DNA of 63,997 bases, counting the filler, from Ionaspis alba (lineage: Eukaryota), in NCBI GenBank assembly GCA_964255285.1. It is 6 parts of 6 records of this genome, joined end to end, with 100 filler letters (N's around TTAATTAATTAA, not from the genome) between each part and the next. Parts side by side here need not be neighbours in the genome. Positions count along the whole stretch, not along the records: positions 11,193 to 22,264 come from CAXUUL010000572.1; positions 22,365 to 33,428 come from CAXUUL010000573.1; 4 more parts are not named here. The stretch is one strand, 5' to 3'. The notes beneath the pieces are model-generated. The model did not search any database, had not been told where the DNA came from, and worked only from the letters and a program-made list of their open reading frames with translations. The position numbers were made by a program, and so were the translations under genes. Shown in pieces: positions 11,622 to 24,038 of the stretch (its first letter is position 1; every line of letters begins with the position of its first letter).

Positions 11622-13045
11622 ATGTCTGATCGTTCCCAAGATCCACCAACCTCAAGTGGCTCTACACCAAGAGATAGCAAGGGATGGGATGGGAAGCTGC
11701 GAGTCGATAGGAAAGCTGTGGTTGTCAATACTGATGCTCTATCCGACCCTGAATACTCAGATGAAGATGCCCCACCAGTGGAACAGATTGGAGCAGATGA
11801 AGGCAGGTTTCCGGTGCACATTGTCCTTTGCATTCGCTGACATGAGGTTTGGCAGACTTACTGGACGAATATGGCACAGACACGGATGTAAGGTCAATAT
11901 ACGCGGGGCATGTCGCCGCCGCCCAGCATGGACTGACCAAATTGTTCAGGACATCGATCTCGTTCACTGTCGAATCTCATCCATACCTGCTCTCGATCTT
12001 GGTCGATTTACAAAGCTAGAGGTATGAAGATCCTGCGTTATACCTATCGGATACTCGAGATCTGACGTCGCTGGTACAGAAATTATGTCTTCGTCAGAAT
12101 CAAATATCCCATGTTGAAATCCCGGAACCATTGGCAGAGACATTGCAGGATCTAGATCTGTATGACAACCTAATCTCCCACGTTAAAGGACTTGATCATC
12201 TGGTGCGACTGAAGAGCTTGGACCTCAGCTTCAACAAAATCAAGCATATAAAGAATATCAGTCACCTTCGGGAATTGACAGATCTATATTTCGTGCAGAA
12301 CAAGATTCAGCGAATAGAAGGACTAGAGGGATTGACAAAGATCAGGAACCTTGAGCTCGCAGCCAACAGGATTAGGGTATACTGATTTGTTTCTAGTGGA
12401 CAAAGTTGATACCTAGCTAAGCTGAATCTAGGAAATCGAGAATCTCGAAACTCTTACCGGTCTGGAAGAGCTATGGTTAGGCAAGAACAAAATCGCTCAA
12501 CTCAATGTAACCACGAACTTCCCCGAGAACTCTAGTATTACCTTGCTAAGCCTCCACAGAATCTGTCATCTCTCACCTCTCTTAAGATCCTGTCTGTCCA
12601 GTCCAATCGCCTCGCCGCTATCACGGGGCTCACAGCCCTCACGTCGTTAGAAGAGCTCTATGTCTCGCACAACGCGCTGACGTCCATCTCCGGCCTCGAG
12701 TCCAACTTCCGCCTCCGTGTCCTCGATATCTCCAACAACGAAATCTCGCACCTCACCAACCTCTCCCATCTGACACAGCTGGAGGAGGTATGGGCATCGG
12801 GAAACCAGCTAACGTCGTTTGACGAAATCGAGAAGGAGTTGGGTGGATGCGAGGAGCTTTCGACCGTATACCTTGAGGGCAACCCCTTGCAGTTGAGGCA
12901 GCCGGTGCTATACCGGAACAAAGTGAGGCTGGCAATACCAAGGGTTAGGCAGATTGATGCTAGTATGTCGTCCCTCATTCGTGCTGTTGAGCATAACGGC
13001 GAGGCCGCTGCTGATTATGGAATAGCTTTCGTGCACGTTTCTTAA
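11622..13045 (+). CDS. SDS22: Protein phosphatase 1 regulatory subunit Sds22 (LRR), multi-exon
   Basis: GWDGKLRV, DIDLVHCRI, repeated LxxLDLSFNKI / LEELWLGKNKI LRRs, VYLEGNPLQ...YRNKVRLAIP. Confidence 0.95.
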
Positions 13046-13559
13046 ATACGGGGAAGTGATTTGAATGTGGTGGACAATGTAAGAATTCGAAGAATGTATT
13101 GCACGGCCTTGCCGTACTAGAGAATTGTGACAGTACTGGATACGCACTCGGAGTTTATCAGAGGCAGGGAGCATACGTCCATGATGGCCAAGAATGTCTA
13201 ACACTGTTGCAGTACGTATGACGTTCAGGATATTTTGGGTAACTGTGCACCACGCCCAGCCTGAGAAGCAAGACGTGTTTCGACCCTGGTAGCAGTACTA
13301 CGTATCATGTGTGGCGTCTCGAAAGGTTTGTAGATTTTGCACAATACCATTAGATTTCATCAACCTCTAGACAAGCTTTATATGCTTAAGAGCGCTTGTC
13401 TTCTATTGTGGAGTTGTCTTTTATCTTGGAGCATTTACATTCCATTTAAATACAGGACCGCAGCTGAGGCAAGGACCATCCAAGCGGACGAGATCCATTC
13501 TCGACATACTTCTCCCGCCGAATCTGCCTCAAATTTGCCTGGCCCGTCAAGACCGTGAT

Positions 13560-14631
13560 CTAGACCCAAATGGGGATAGGAACGCCGTACTGGAAATTAT
13601 CAGCAGACAGCTTGTTGGTAAGTAGTGAAGAAAGACTGACATTGAGAGGGTCATTGAATCTCAAGTTCTGATTGAGCCCGCTAATCTCATCTATTTCACC
13701 TTTCGTCAAATCGAAGCTTGTGACATCCAAGTTTTGTGCAAGCCGATGTTGGTTGTTGCTCTTGGGAATTACGGCCACATTTCGCTGCGTCGCCCATCTC
13801 AAAAGAATTTGCGCAGGTGTCTTTCCGTGCTTGTCGGCGATTTTCTTGATGGTTGAATTCTCCATCAATAAGGGAGTGTCTTTTGCTTGCTTCATGTCCA
13901 ATTCGAGGAAAGACTGTGGGCCAAAGGACGAATATGCGGTGATAGCTATTCCTTTGCTCTGAGCAAAGTCGACGAGTCCCTGTTGTGTCAGATATGGGTG
14001 GTGCTCGATCTGGAGGGTAGCAGGCACGATCTTGGCATAGCGGAGGATGTCCAGGATCGTTTGTCCGTTCATGTTGCTGATACCAATACTCTTAGACAAT
14101 CCCTTCTCGACCAACTTCTCCATCGCCGTCCAAGTCTCTTGAATCGTGGCTTTGCCTTCGACGACGTTCTTGCCGTCGTAGGTGAAGCCCGGTGGGTAGC
14201 GATCCGCAGGGTCGACATACTTCAGAGAAATGGGGAAGTGGACGATGTAAAGGTCGAAGTAGTCGATGCCCCAATCCTGAAGCTGCTTCTTGCAGATGGG
14301 CTCTACACGGTCGTGGTCGTGAAAGGAGTTCCAGAGTTTGGAGACGATGAAGAGGTCAGAGCGATTGACGAGGCCTTCTTTTATGGCACGGGCAACTCCC
14401 TGACCGGACTCGACTTCGTTCCCGTAGTCTGAGTCAATATTAGAGGGAGCATTTGACCATGCCGGGTAATGGCTCGCTAAGCATACCACATGCGCCGTCA
14501 AACAGCCGGTAGCCACTCTTGATGGCATTGTAGACCTGGTCGGCACAAGTGTCATTGTTGACTTTCCAGAGCCCAAAGCCTACCAGAGGCATGGGGTGGC
14601 CGCTGTTCAGCTTGATGGTTGGAGAAGTCAT
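13560..14631 (-). CDS. XYL1: NAD(P)H-dependent D-xylose reductase (aldo-keto reductase), 3 exons
   Basis: [60 protein letters not shown]. Confidence 0.93.
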
Positions 14632-14687
14632 GCTGGCGTATGTTCTGAAGAGTGATTGTTTGGTCTTGATCGGAGAATTGAGTACGC

Positions 14688-14850
14688 GTGGGGTGAATAT
14701 GGATATGCTGCACGGTTACGTCAGCGGGGTGGAGTCTCACAGATCAGAGCAAAATTGTACTGACCGGAGAATTGGTCTGACAGCGTTCATGTGAAGTGCT
14801 GATTCTGCAGAGGATGATTTGGATTGGAAGCACTGATGGTGTATGGCTAA
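14688..14850. promoter_or_regulatory. Candidate CreA (SYGGRG) and XlnR (GGCTAA) sites in the xylose reductase promoter
   Basis: Overlapping GCGGGG/GTGGAG at 14724-14734, GTGGGG near 14688, GGCTAA at 14845-14850. Confidence 0.45.
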
Positions 14851-16109
14851 TAGATCACATAGAAATTCTTTTCAGGCCTATGACGACAAGTGTGGTGTGT
14901 CAATCGATACCCCACACGGGTACCGGCTGCGGAGACTGACCGATCTACATACCACCGAGGACTTCTGATAATGGCCTGCAATGTCATGCATTCTCACTAG
15001 AATAGCATCACCAATCATACATGATCATTGGATGGTCGGAAACCGTCGAGTACAAGGTATCATGTTGGACAGCATGGCATGAAAGCAATATTGCGATGCT
15101 GCTCTACAATCATGGATTATGGGAATCGGTATAGCATGTCACTATCGGCTTCTGGCCTATTTTTCTGTTACCAAAAAGATCCCGCGTCTGACCGCGTTGA
15201 CTGTCCGGCGGTTCTCTTTAACCATATCGTCTGAGCCTGCAACGGAGCATATTTCATTCCTAGATGATGAGACTGTGAGATCCGCAGAATCTTCCATATC
15301 AGCACCCAAAAGGTCCACCGCAGTGCTTGAAGTTTCTTGTGCCCTAGTCCATATCCAGAATCATGGTCTGACATGCGAGCAGCACCTTAGAATGTCTAGC
15401 CAAGAGTAGTAGTCTACCCATGTTGTCAAGCACAGTGTCCTCAATATTGGAGTTCTAAAACGTCCTCCGCCGCGATGTTTTCAAGTCGCAGAACTTGGAG
15501 ATCCTCCAGTCTCATTTTCCTCCTCTTGATGACAGCTGCAAAAGAGGTGAAGGAAGACGTGGTTGTCCCATCCTGCCCGAGAGGGTTGTCCTTTCCTAAT
15601 GGGTAGCATATGAACTTGAAACCGTGATGCAAGGTGCACTCTGTGTCAGCTGTTTGCTGGCTTGTCCACAACACCATTATCTTCAAAATTCGAGTAACAT
15701 TATACATGTATTCGTCATTCCGAATTTTAGAGTGTATCGGTTCCGCTGCTGGTGTTGAGTCTCAAAGCTACACCAGCCACCGTTAGCAAAATATTGATTC
15801 ACTGTTTCGATATCCCGCATTTGGAGCCCTAAGTGCCTTTGTTACCCACGTTGAGATACGAGACCCTTCCATTTATTGCCATCACACTCGAGCTTCAACG
15901 TCTGTGACAAGCTCTTTTCATTTCCAGAAGTGCCTCTGATTGCTCAAAACAAACCACATTGTGAGAATACTGCCATTCATATGTAATGTTTGAGTGGTAT
16001 TTGTCTGATGCAATCCCAGATTACAAGACAATCCAAAACACATCCTCGCCCAGTTTTGCCCTGCCCAGAGAAGTGAGATAGCAGTCAGTGACAGGTTGTG
16101 TCATACACG

Positions 16110-17902
16110 ATGTCACTCCAGTCGACGGTACGACTTTCAACAACTGATACATGTATGCAAAGTGATTATGGCTGACAATCGTACAGGGAGAAGGCAAGAA
16201 CGCTATAGCTTTCGGTGCTGAGGATGGAGTGCTAGACATGTGCGTCACGGAGACTACGGCAGCAATTCCCGGGGTGGCAGGACTCCAGTTGGCAGACGAA
16301 CATCTCGCCAATGTTGTAGCTACAACCACCAGAGGTACCACGGGCGATGTAGCTGAGACAGGAAACACTGAAGTTTTGTCGACAACCGTTAGACAACCCG
16401 TGCAAGCCGTGGCCAGTGTCGTCTCGAATGCAAATCCAATCAAGGTTCCAGGAGTCGCGGATGGCTACTTTGCTGATACCGAGTCGACGGAAACCTCATC
16501 GGCAAGAAGCTCAAACGAGGATCATGACAAGGACACTATCAGTGGTCTTGGCGACGGACAAACATCGTGGCAAACATCTAGAGCACATAGCGAGTGCGAT
16601 TCCTTATGGGAAAGTATAACATCTAATGGAAGTCTTCGACAGCATAACCTATGCCCAGCTAGATGTTCTGGCAGTGACGCTGAAACAGCTGATAATGCTG
16701 TCGAAGCTGCAAGTCAAAATTTGAGTGATTCACAAGCAGCAGAGAACGGCCTGCTTGAGACCTATACTGGAAATGGGAGTGAAGGATTTGGCGTGCGGAT
16801 AATGGAATCTCCTGCCAGGTTCAACCAAGTCAGCAAAGCTATTTCACCAGACCACTACAGTGCGGACTCGAAACCAGAAGCGCAATGCACATCTGTGTTC
16901 GAACTTGGAAGGAACGGGCTCGGAAGCTCCCAAAATATTGAAGACGGTGTATCACGTCGCAGTGCTTCCACAGATAGAGCAAAGAGCACTGTGAAAGCCG
17001 CTCCAGACTCTTGCAATAGTCTTGCGGAGCAGAAGGAGCCCGAGGCAGGCCGAGAAGGCTCTACCAAGGAAGACCAAGGCCATGATATCGCTATGATGAA
17101 GAATCCTGACTTTCCACCAGGAGAGTGCATTACAAGTCAAGAAGTAGAGGTAAGTTTGGGTTCACCGCACGCAGATATTCGGACTTCCATGGCTTCTCCG
17201 AATAACATTCTTGAGAAGGTTAAGAAATCCTTCGAACCGGAAGCAGATCATACGACGGTACCCGCCTCACGGTCTGACCAGACTAATCAGGCCGAGTATT
17301 TTGGCTATTATTTCCTTCAGACGAAGCTAGATGCGCATCAGCCTGGTTTGCAATGTTCATATGGCACATACGGGGCCTGGGAAGTTCCATATCATTCATG
17401 GCAACCAGAGTCGTATGAGTTCTACGATCAGATGAAACTCGCGTCCAATGCCAGATCAGCGTCTGTCAGATGCTCGCCACATAAGAACAAGAAGCGCAAA
17501 GGGAAGCAGGTCAACCAATACTACGAGCCCGACGCACAGAGGCAGAGTAATACCTTGAGCCATCTCGATGCCCAAACTAGGGAGCATCTTGCAAGACTTG
17601 AGTATTCCTACCAGTTGGAGAACTTCCAGTCTCAGAAGAGAGAATGGTACATCCAATTCCAGGAACAGCTGCAGCGTAAAAGTCGGCTTCCGGCGCCAAA
17701 CGAGCCTAGCAAGGACGACGAGCGGCCTGGCTTATCAAAGCAGTCGAAGTTGAAGTCGTCGAAAAAAGCCAAAGCTGGGAGAAAAGGGCATCCCAAAAAG
17801 ACATCCAGCGGCGAGAGTGAGAGATCGGCAGAGCAGATAGTCTCCGAAACTCACCGATCTAAATCCGCCAAGAACAAAGTAGGAATTGTGGAGGGAAAGT
17901 AG
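16110..17902 (+). CDS. Hypothetical low-complexity protein with a basic C-terminus (exons 16110-16127, 16187-17902; 3' end may be further spliced)
   Basis: Micro-exon MSLQST plus a 59-nt GTACGA..GCTGAC..CAG intron in frame with the long ORF; NLS-like KNKKRK. Confidence 0.6.
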
Positions 17903-18825
17903 AAACGAACGACGAATGAAAGAGAAACTTGACAGCCCGAGGGCAGAGGAGCATACCCTAGAAGAGAAGGTATGATGGCACAGCTTCATTCGTTCATTCA
18001 TTCCCTGTCGACTTTTTCCCTGCCGGAACAAGACGTAAACTTGATCTCCTTACTCGGGACGGCTAAGGCAGACCATTGAGGGCCCACAAACAGGGAAAGT
18101 CGAAAAGGCCGTGGCTGTGTTGTATTCCGGGAAGATTATGGGCTTTCGAGGCGAAGGGTGACATATCTTCATTCCTTGCGTTACGACCTCTGCATTCTTG
18201 TTGATTTCCTTGGTTGTATTGGGACGTAGAGGTCATGTAATTTCTTTTTGGCTGGTTGTACTGCTGTCCTCCCTGCCCGAGCTTCGCATTTCAAGGTGCG
18301 AGAAGCGGCGCAGGATTGCCCATTATTTCTAGTGTCAGCTACGTCATGCTCGGCGGATTGACAGGGGCGTCGACTGTTCAGAGCAGCGAGAAGCCAAATC
18401 GACAATGCAATGTCTGATTACGAAGACAGCGAGTGGATGATTCAAAACCTGTGAATGCTCTGGAGACTAGGTCAATGTCTTACTCCCAGAAGCTAGAATT
18501 TAGTTGAAAACAGCCCGTGCCACTGCCCTACTTTTGAAGACATAAAATAGCCATTTCGTTCCAGCCAGAATACCTGATTTGCGTGCTTAGAGTTCCAATT
18601 CTGCAGAACAACTTTGTCTAGAACTGGTCATTTTTCTCAGACACCTATGATTATCCACTGTTTGAACAACGCCATAATACTCAGATGACGAATTGTCAAT
18701 TCCCTCCTTGAGTCCGTGGCTTGCGCGTCGTTTGATTGTTAGGCAGCCGCCTTGGGAACAAATTCTAGCGGTATCAACATTGCGAAGCTCGCACTTCAAG
18801 ATCAGTGATCAGCCAGAAATTCGAA

Positions 18826-21800
18826 ATGTCTTCCCAAGATCCGAACTCCCAGCAAGTTGAACAGCAGAACATGGGGGTCCCTCCTGGCGTCGTTGCCCAA
18901 GCTGAAGCAATTGCAGCTGGTGATGAAGGCAGGGAGAATTCATCCACAGCTTCGCAAGACATACCTGCATCTGTTTCAGGGCAAACCAATACTCAGGTCT
19001 CTGCGGCCCCAGAGATGAGCTCTAGAAGGTCAGGAAAGAGCAAGCATGGGTTCGTTCAGTCGGTCTGGCAATATTCCATGCACTGATGAGGTATTAGGCG
19101 GTCCTCGAAGAATTCTGGTAGCCAAAGGGGTGATCCCAGCAATGTTTCCATACACGACACACCCATTGAGGACGTCCCACCGCCAGCTTACAGCGAGACC
19201 TATGGTCAGGTGGACATGGACCAGGAGGGCCTAGATACAAGAGCGAATATTGCCAGTGAGGAACAAATTACTGCGCGCTAGGAAACCGTGGCTGACATCA
19301 CTCAGATGACGGCCGTATAAACATTAACATCAATCAAAAATCGCGCAGGCTGTCCAACCTTCTAGTTCCTGCCCTCCGAAGTCAACTGAACCTTCAGCAT
19401 GTTGAAGAGCCACCGGCCCCGCCTCCGGGCTATATTCCTCCGTCTCTTGGGGGGCTTCCTGGCCAGAAGCCTCCACCTCCGATGAACGTGGTCATTCATG
19501 TGGTCGGTTCGCGTGGTGATGTCCAGCCCTTTGTGTCGCTAGGCCAGGTTTTGAAGAGCACGTACGGGCATCGAGTCCGGTTAGCAACCCATTCAACTTT
19601 CAGAGACTTCGTTGAGGAGAATGGTCTGGAGTTTTTCAGTATTGGAGGCAACCCTGCAGAGTTGATGGCTTTCATGGTGAAGAACCCAGGTCTAATGCCT
19701 GGAAAGGATGCTCTTCGCAGCGGCGATATTGGCAAAAGGCGTAAAGGCATGTATGAGATCGTCAAAGGTTGTTGGAGATCTTGTTTCGAAGCTGGTGACG
19801 GTACTGGCGTCGAAGTTTCAGACAGCCAGCAAAGTCCACAACGCACAAGCATTGATAGCGGCGTCTCACTCGGTGCCGATCTAGCCGACAAGCCCTTCGT
19901 TGCCGACGCGATTATTGCAAACCCACCCAGCTTTGCTCATGTTCATTGTGCGGAGAAGCTTGGAATCCCGCTTCACTTGATGTTTACGTGAGTGGAGCCG
20001 TATAGCGTTCAATCAAATCATTGACCATACGAGCAGCATGCCATGGTCTCCGACACAAGCATTTCCCCACCCTCTCGCAAACATCCAGTCGTCAAATGCG
20101 GACGTCAGCATGACCAATTTCATCTCCTATGCTCTGGTCGAAATGATGACCTGGCAAGGGCTTGGAGATGTAATTAACAGATTTCGAGAAAAGAGCCTTG
20201 GGCTAGACCCAGTAAGCCTCATGTGGGCACCAGGCATGGCAAGCAGGCTTCGCATTCCATACACTTATTGCTGGTATGGTGATTTCTCCTATCTCCTGTC
20301 TGCTGCCCCGTTATTAGGCATGCTCTGAGGAGTAATTTAGGTCACCCGCTCTGATACCCAAGCCCAAAGACTGGGGATCTCACATCTCAGTGTCTGGCTT
20401 TTATTTCTTGTCGCTAGCCAATAACTACACACCCTCCCCGGAACTCAAAGCGTTCCTGGATGCAGGTCCCCCTCCGATATACATCGGTTTCGGTTCTATT
20501 GTGCTTGACGACCCTAACGCAATGACCAAGCTCATTTTTGAGGCTGTAAAGTTGACCGGCCAACGAGCTCTGGTCTCCAAGGGATGGGGAGGATTCGGAG
20601 CAGATGAATTAGGCATACCAGAAGACGTTTTTATGCTCGGGAACGTTCCTCACGATTGGCTTTTCAAGCATGTCTCGTGCGTTGTCCATCACGGTGGTGC
20701 CGGAACCACCGCCGCCGGAATCGCCACCGGAAAGCCTACCGTGATTGTCCCTTTCTTTGGAGATCAACCATTCTGGGGTGCCATGGTCGCCAAAGCTGGT
20801 GCAGGACCTCAGCCAATACCAAACAAGCAGCTGACTGCGGAAAACCTAGCCGAGGCAATACAAGAAGCTCTGAAGCCGGCTGCACTGGAGCGAGCTCAAG
20901 AGCTTGGTGCTAAGATCAGCGAGGAAAAAGGTTCAGATGTCGGAGGGCAAAAGTTCCACGAAGCTCTGAACCTTGATAGACTTCGTTGTTCTCTGGCTCC
21001 CAGTCGTGCCGCTGTATGGCGCGTCAAAAGGACCGAGATTCGGCTCAGTGCTTTTGCCGCAGCAGTTCTGGGCAACGAAGGTTTACTCAACTTTAGTGAA
21101 CTTAAGCTGTGAGTAGCTAGAGGTCGAAGGGTTTTTGGATTACTGCTCATACTTAATAGCTACCGGCCTCGAGAATACGATACAGAAGATGGGCCATGGG
21201 ATCCCATCTCTGGTGGAGCATCCGCGCTACTCGGAACAATGGGTAGTATGATGATGGGCGTGGCGGATTTCCCTATTGAAATATTCAAAGCTTTATCAAA
21301 GTCGACCTCCAGTTCCTCCACTGGTGAAGATAACAAGCCATCTTCCTCGACCAGCCCTTCGACCTCCACCCTAGGACTCACTACTTCCCAGTCTTCCTGC
21401 ATCCTCCCTTCCGGCAGTCGTTCTCCGTCCACCAACGCATCCACCACAACCCTTAGTGACTCATCCCAAAACAGCAGTGACCCTACGACACCAGTTCCGA
21501 ATTACGCGATTGCACGAAAACCTCTATCACCATTGGCATCGAACCAACAAAGGGTCGACTACGTATCGACAGAACCTACTTCAGGCCAGGGGCAGACCGA
21601 TCCTTATGAAAGATCTCCACCGGCGTCGATCCTCTCGTCGTCGCCTTCAAGTATGCCGTCCCAGCAGCAACGTCCGGACCGGTCTCCTTCTCGTGGTAAT
21701 CAGATGACATTCGAAACAGCCCTTGCGGGTGGCAAAGGTGTTGGTCGAATTGTCGGTGCAGGATTGAAGTCGCCTTTGGATTTCACACTAGGTATCGCCA

Positions 21801-22264
21801 AAGGTTTCCACAATGCACCAAAGCTCTATGGCGACCAAAGTGTGAGACAGGCGGACAAGGTTACCGACTTTCAAAGCGGTTTGAAAGCCGCAGGCAGAGT
21901 ATGTGAATCTATTGCAGAGCGTTTTTCAGCCATTTTGCTGATGAAGTAGGAATTTGGATTCGGATTCTACGATGGCATATCGGGACTTGTCACGCAACCA
22001 ATCGATGGTGCTAAAAAAGAAGGTATGGTAGGGGCGTTGAAGGGGTTCGGCAAGGGAGTTGGAGGAATGATTTTAAAACCTGCTGCTGGTAAGCTTTCCA
22101 TTCCACTGGCAGTGTCACAGGTCTGATTGCTGCAGCTATCTGGGGTCTGCCCGGATATACGTTCCAAGGCATATACAAAGAACTTCAGAAACAGTCTGGG
22201 TCCAGTGTGCAGAATTACATCATCGCAGCGCGAACGGCCCAAGGCTACGAAGACTGGCGAGGCT
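18826..22264 (+). CDS. GT1 UDP-glucose:sterol glucosyltransferase-like protein, multi-exon, 3'-truncated
   Basis: VVGSRGDVQPF, HRVRLATH, AIIANPPSFAH, IYIGFGS, VVHHGGAGTTAAG and VPFFGDQPFWG motifs. Confidence 0.92.
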
Positions 22265-22364
22265 NNNNNNNNNNNNNNNNNNNNNNNNNNNNNNNNNNNN
22301 NNNNNNNNTTAATTAATTAANNNNNNNNNNNNNNNNNNNNNNNNNNNNNNNNNNNNNNNNNNNN
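22265..22364. other. Artificial scaffold spacer N44-TTAATTAATTAA-N44
   Basis: Same linker. Confidence 0.98.
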
Positions 22365-23558
22365 TAGTAGAGAAAAGACCCACCCATCAAGTAAAAATAA
22401 ATACTATGATCCACCAAATAATCCATTCCCGGCTTCACTCCCTGTGGCGTACTGAAGTACACCCTATACATCTTGCAAACAGCCTTGATCTGGTCCCACG
22501 TCCCCGTCAAGCCGACCATGTTCTCGTGGAACTCCTTCAGATAAGTCTTCAGTACCGAGGGAGTATCGCGAGCTGGATCGCATGTGATGAATAAAGGAAG
22601 TAGAGTTGGGTTGGAGGGATTATTAGCGGGAAGTGCCTCGTTCACGAGATCCAGCATGCTGGCCATTTTATCGAGTTCTTCGGGGCAGATGTCGGGGCAG
22701 TGGGTAAAGCCGAAGTAGACCTGTTCTCGGAAGAAAAGTATCAGCATTTCCACCACCGCCATTCTTCCCTTGATGTCCTAGGACCACTCCCCAATGACTC
22801 TCACACCACTCTTTGACCTGCAATAATATTCGAAACCCTATTCCTCCTCTCGCTACTCATCGGTACCGCCGCTTCCCTCAATGGGGAATACCAAAAGCTC
22901 ACTCACCAAGCTAAACCTCCCCCGCATCTCCTCCTCACTCTTCCAGACCTTTCCATCCTGATCCACGAGCTCAAATTTCCCTCCTACTTTCGGCTTCCCA
23001 ACCCCCTTCGACGCATCCGCTATCCGTTTTCGCTCCATCCGCGCCTTCTCGTATCGGAAATACATAATCATTCCCAGGCCTGTGGAGAGGAAGACGACGA
23101 CGGAGAAGATAGAGAAAGGCTATGAGGTAGGAGAGTCAGCTTGATTATTGCGAGATATGGCGTTCCACGAACAAGGAAGGGATAAGAACAGGCTCAGAGG
23201 CGAGGAGAGCGGAGTGGCATACACCTATTTTGTATCTCGAGCGAGCTTCTTCCACGGTTTTGTAGCCTCTTCTTGTCTCTCTGGCGGCTAATTCGGGCTG
23301 GAAGTTGAGTCGGAGTGATGGTTGACGCCGGTGCTGTAGTATAAAGTGGTAGCATCTTCTGATAGGGTATCTCTTTGTGTACGGTGTCCGGTGCGAGGCG
23401 CATCTTATGTTAGATGCTTGCGGTCCCTGGTTGGCTGATGAAGAGGAAAAAGGCAGGCGGAAAGTGGCGTAGGGGCATCGAGAGCCATTTTCCGCAGCAG
23501 GTGACCGTGTAAATATCTTTGAGGTGGAGCTTAGTGCTCGACTTACTGGTGGAGGCAT
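22365..23558 (-). CDS. SCO1: Cytochrome c oxidase copper chaperone Sco1, multi-exon, 3'-truncated
   Basis: GKPKVGGKFELVD, YFGFTHCPDICPEEL (CxxxC), FITCDPARD, DYLVDHSIYFYLM. Confidence 0.95.
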
Positions 23559-24038
23559 GATACAGGTAGAAGACGGGAAAGTCAACAGTACCTGCCTCCG
23601 AGCTCGCTGACTTCCAATAATTTTCTCAAAGTGGCTAGCGCGGCTCTGCCCAGTCTACGAATTTTGACATAGCGAGCGTATACCAGAAAGCAGGAAATAT
23701 TCTGTGGAGGGTGATACAAGACAAAGATCCATTCATTCTCTCCCTACTTCTATGCTAGAATACCTCTCCAGTAATAGAACATCTTTTTTGACACCAGATT
23801 CCCCTTTCCTCCATCCTCGGGGCACGCTTCGAACCGTGTAAAGAGTCCTCAATCTAAAGACCAATGCTGCGTAATATGCACACGAGAAGGATAGAGGTGG
23901 TGAGAGGTGTCACACCGCCACGCTTAAAAACGCATGCGAAGCAGAAATGGTAGGCTAGCAAAGCATAGGCCTGGGAGATATTGGTTAGCACATTGAGTTG
24001 GCTTAGCCTCATTTCCAGTCGCTACTCCGATGGCCGGC

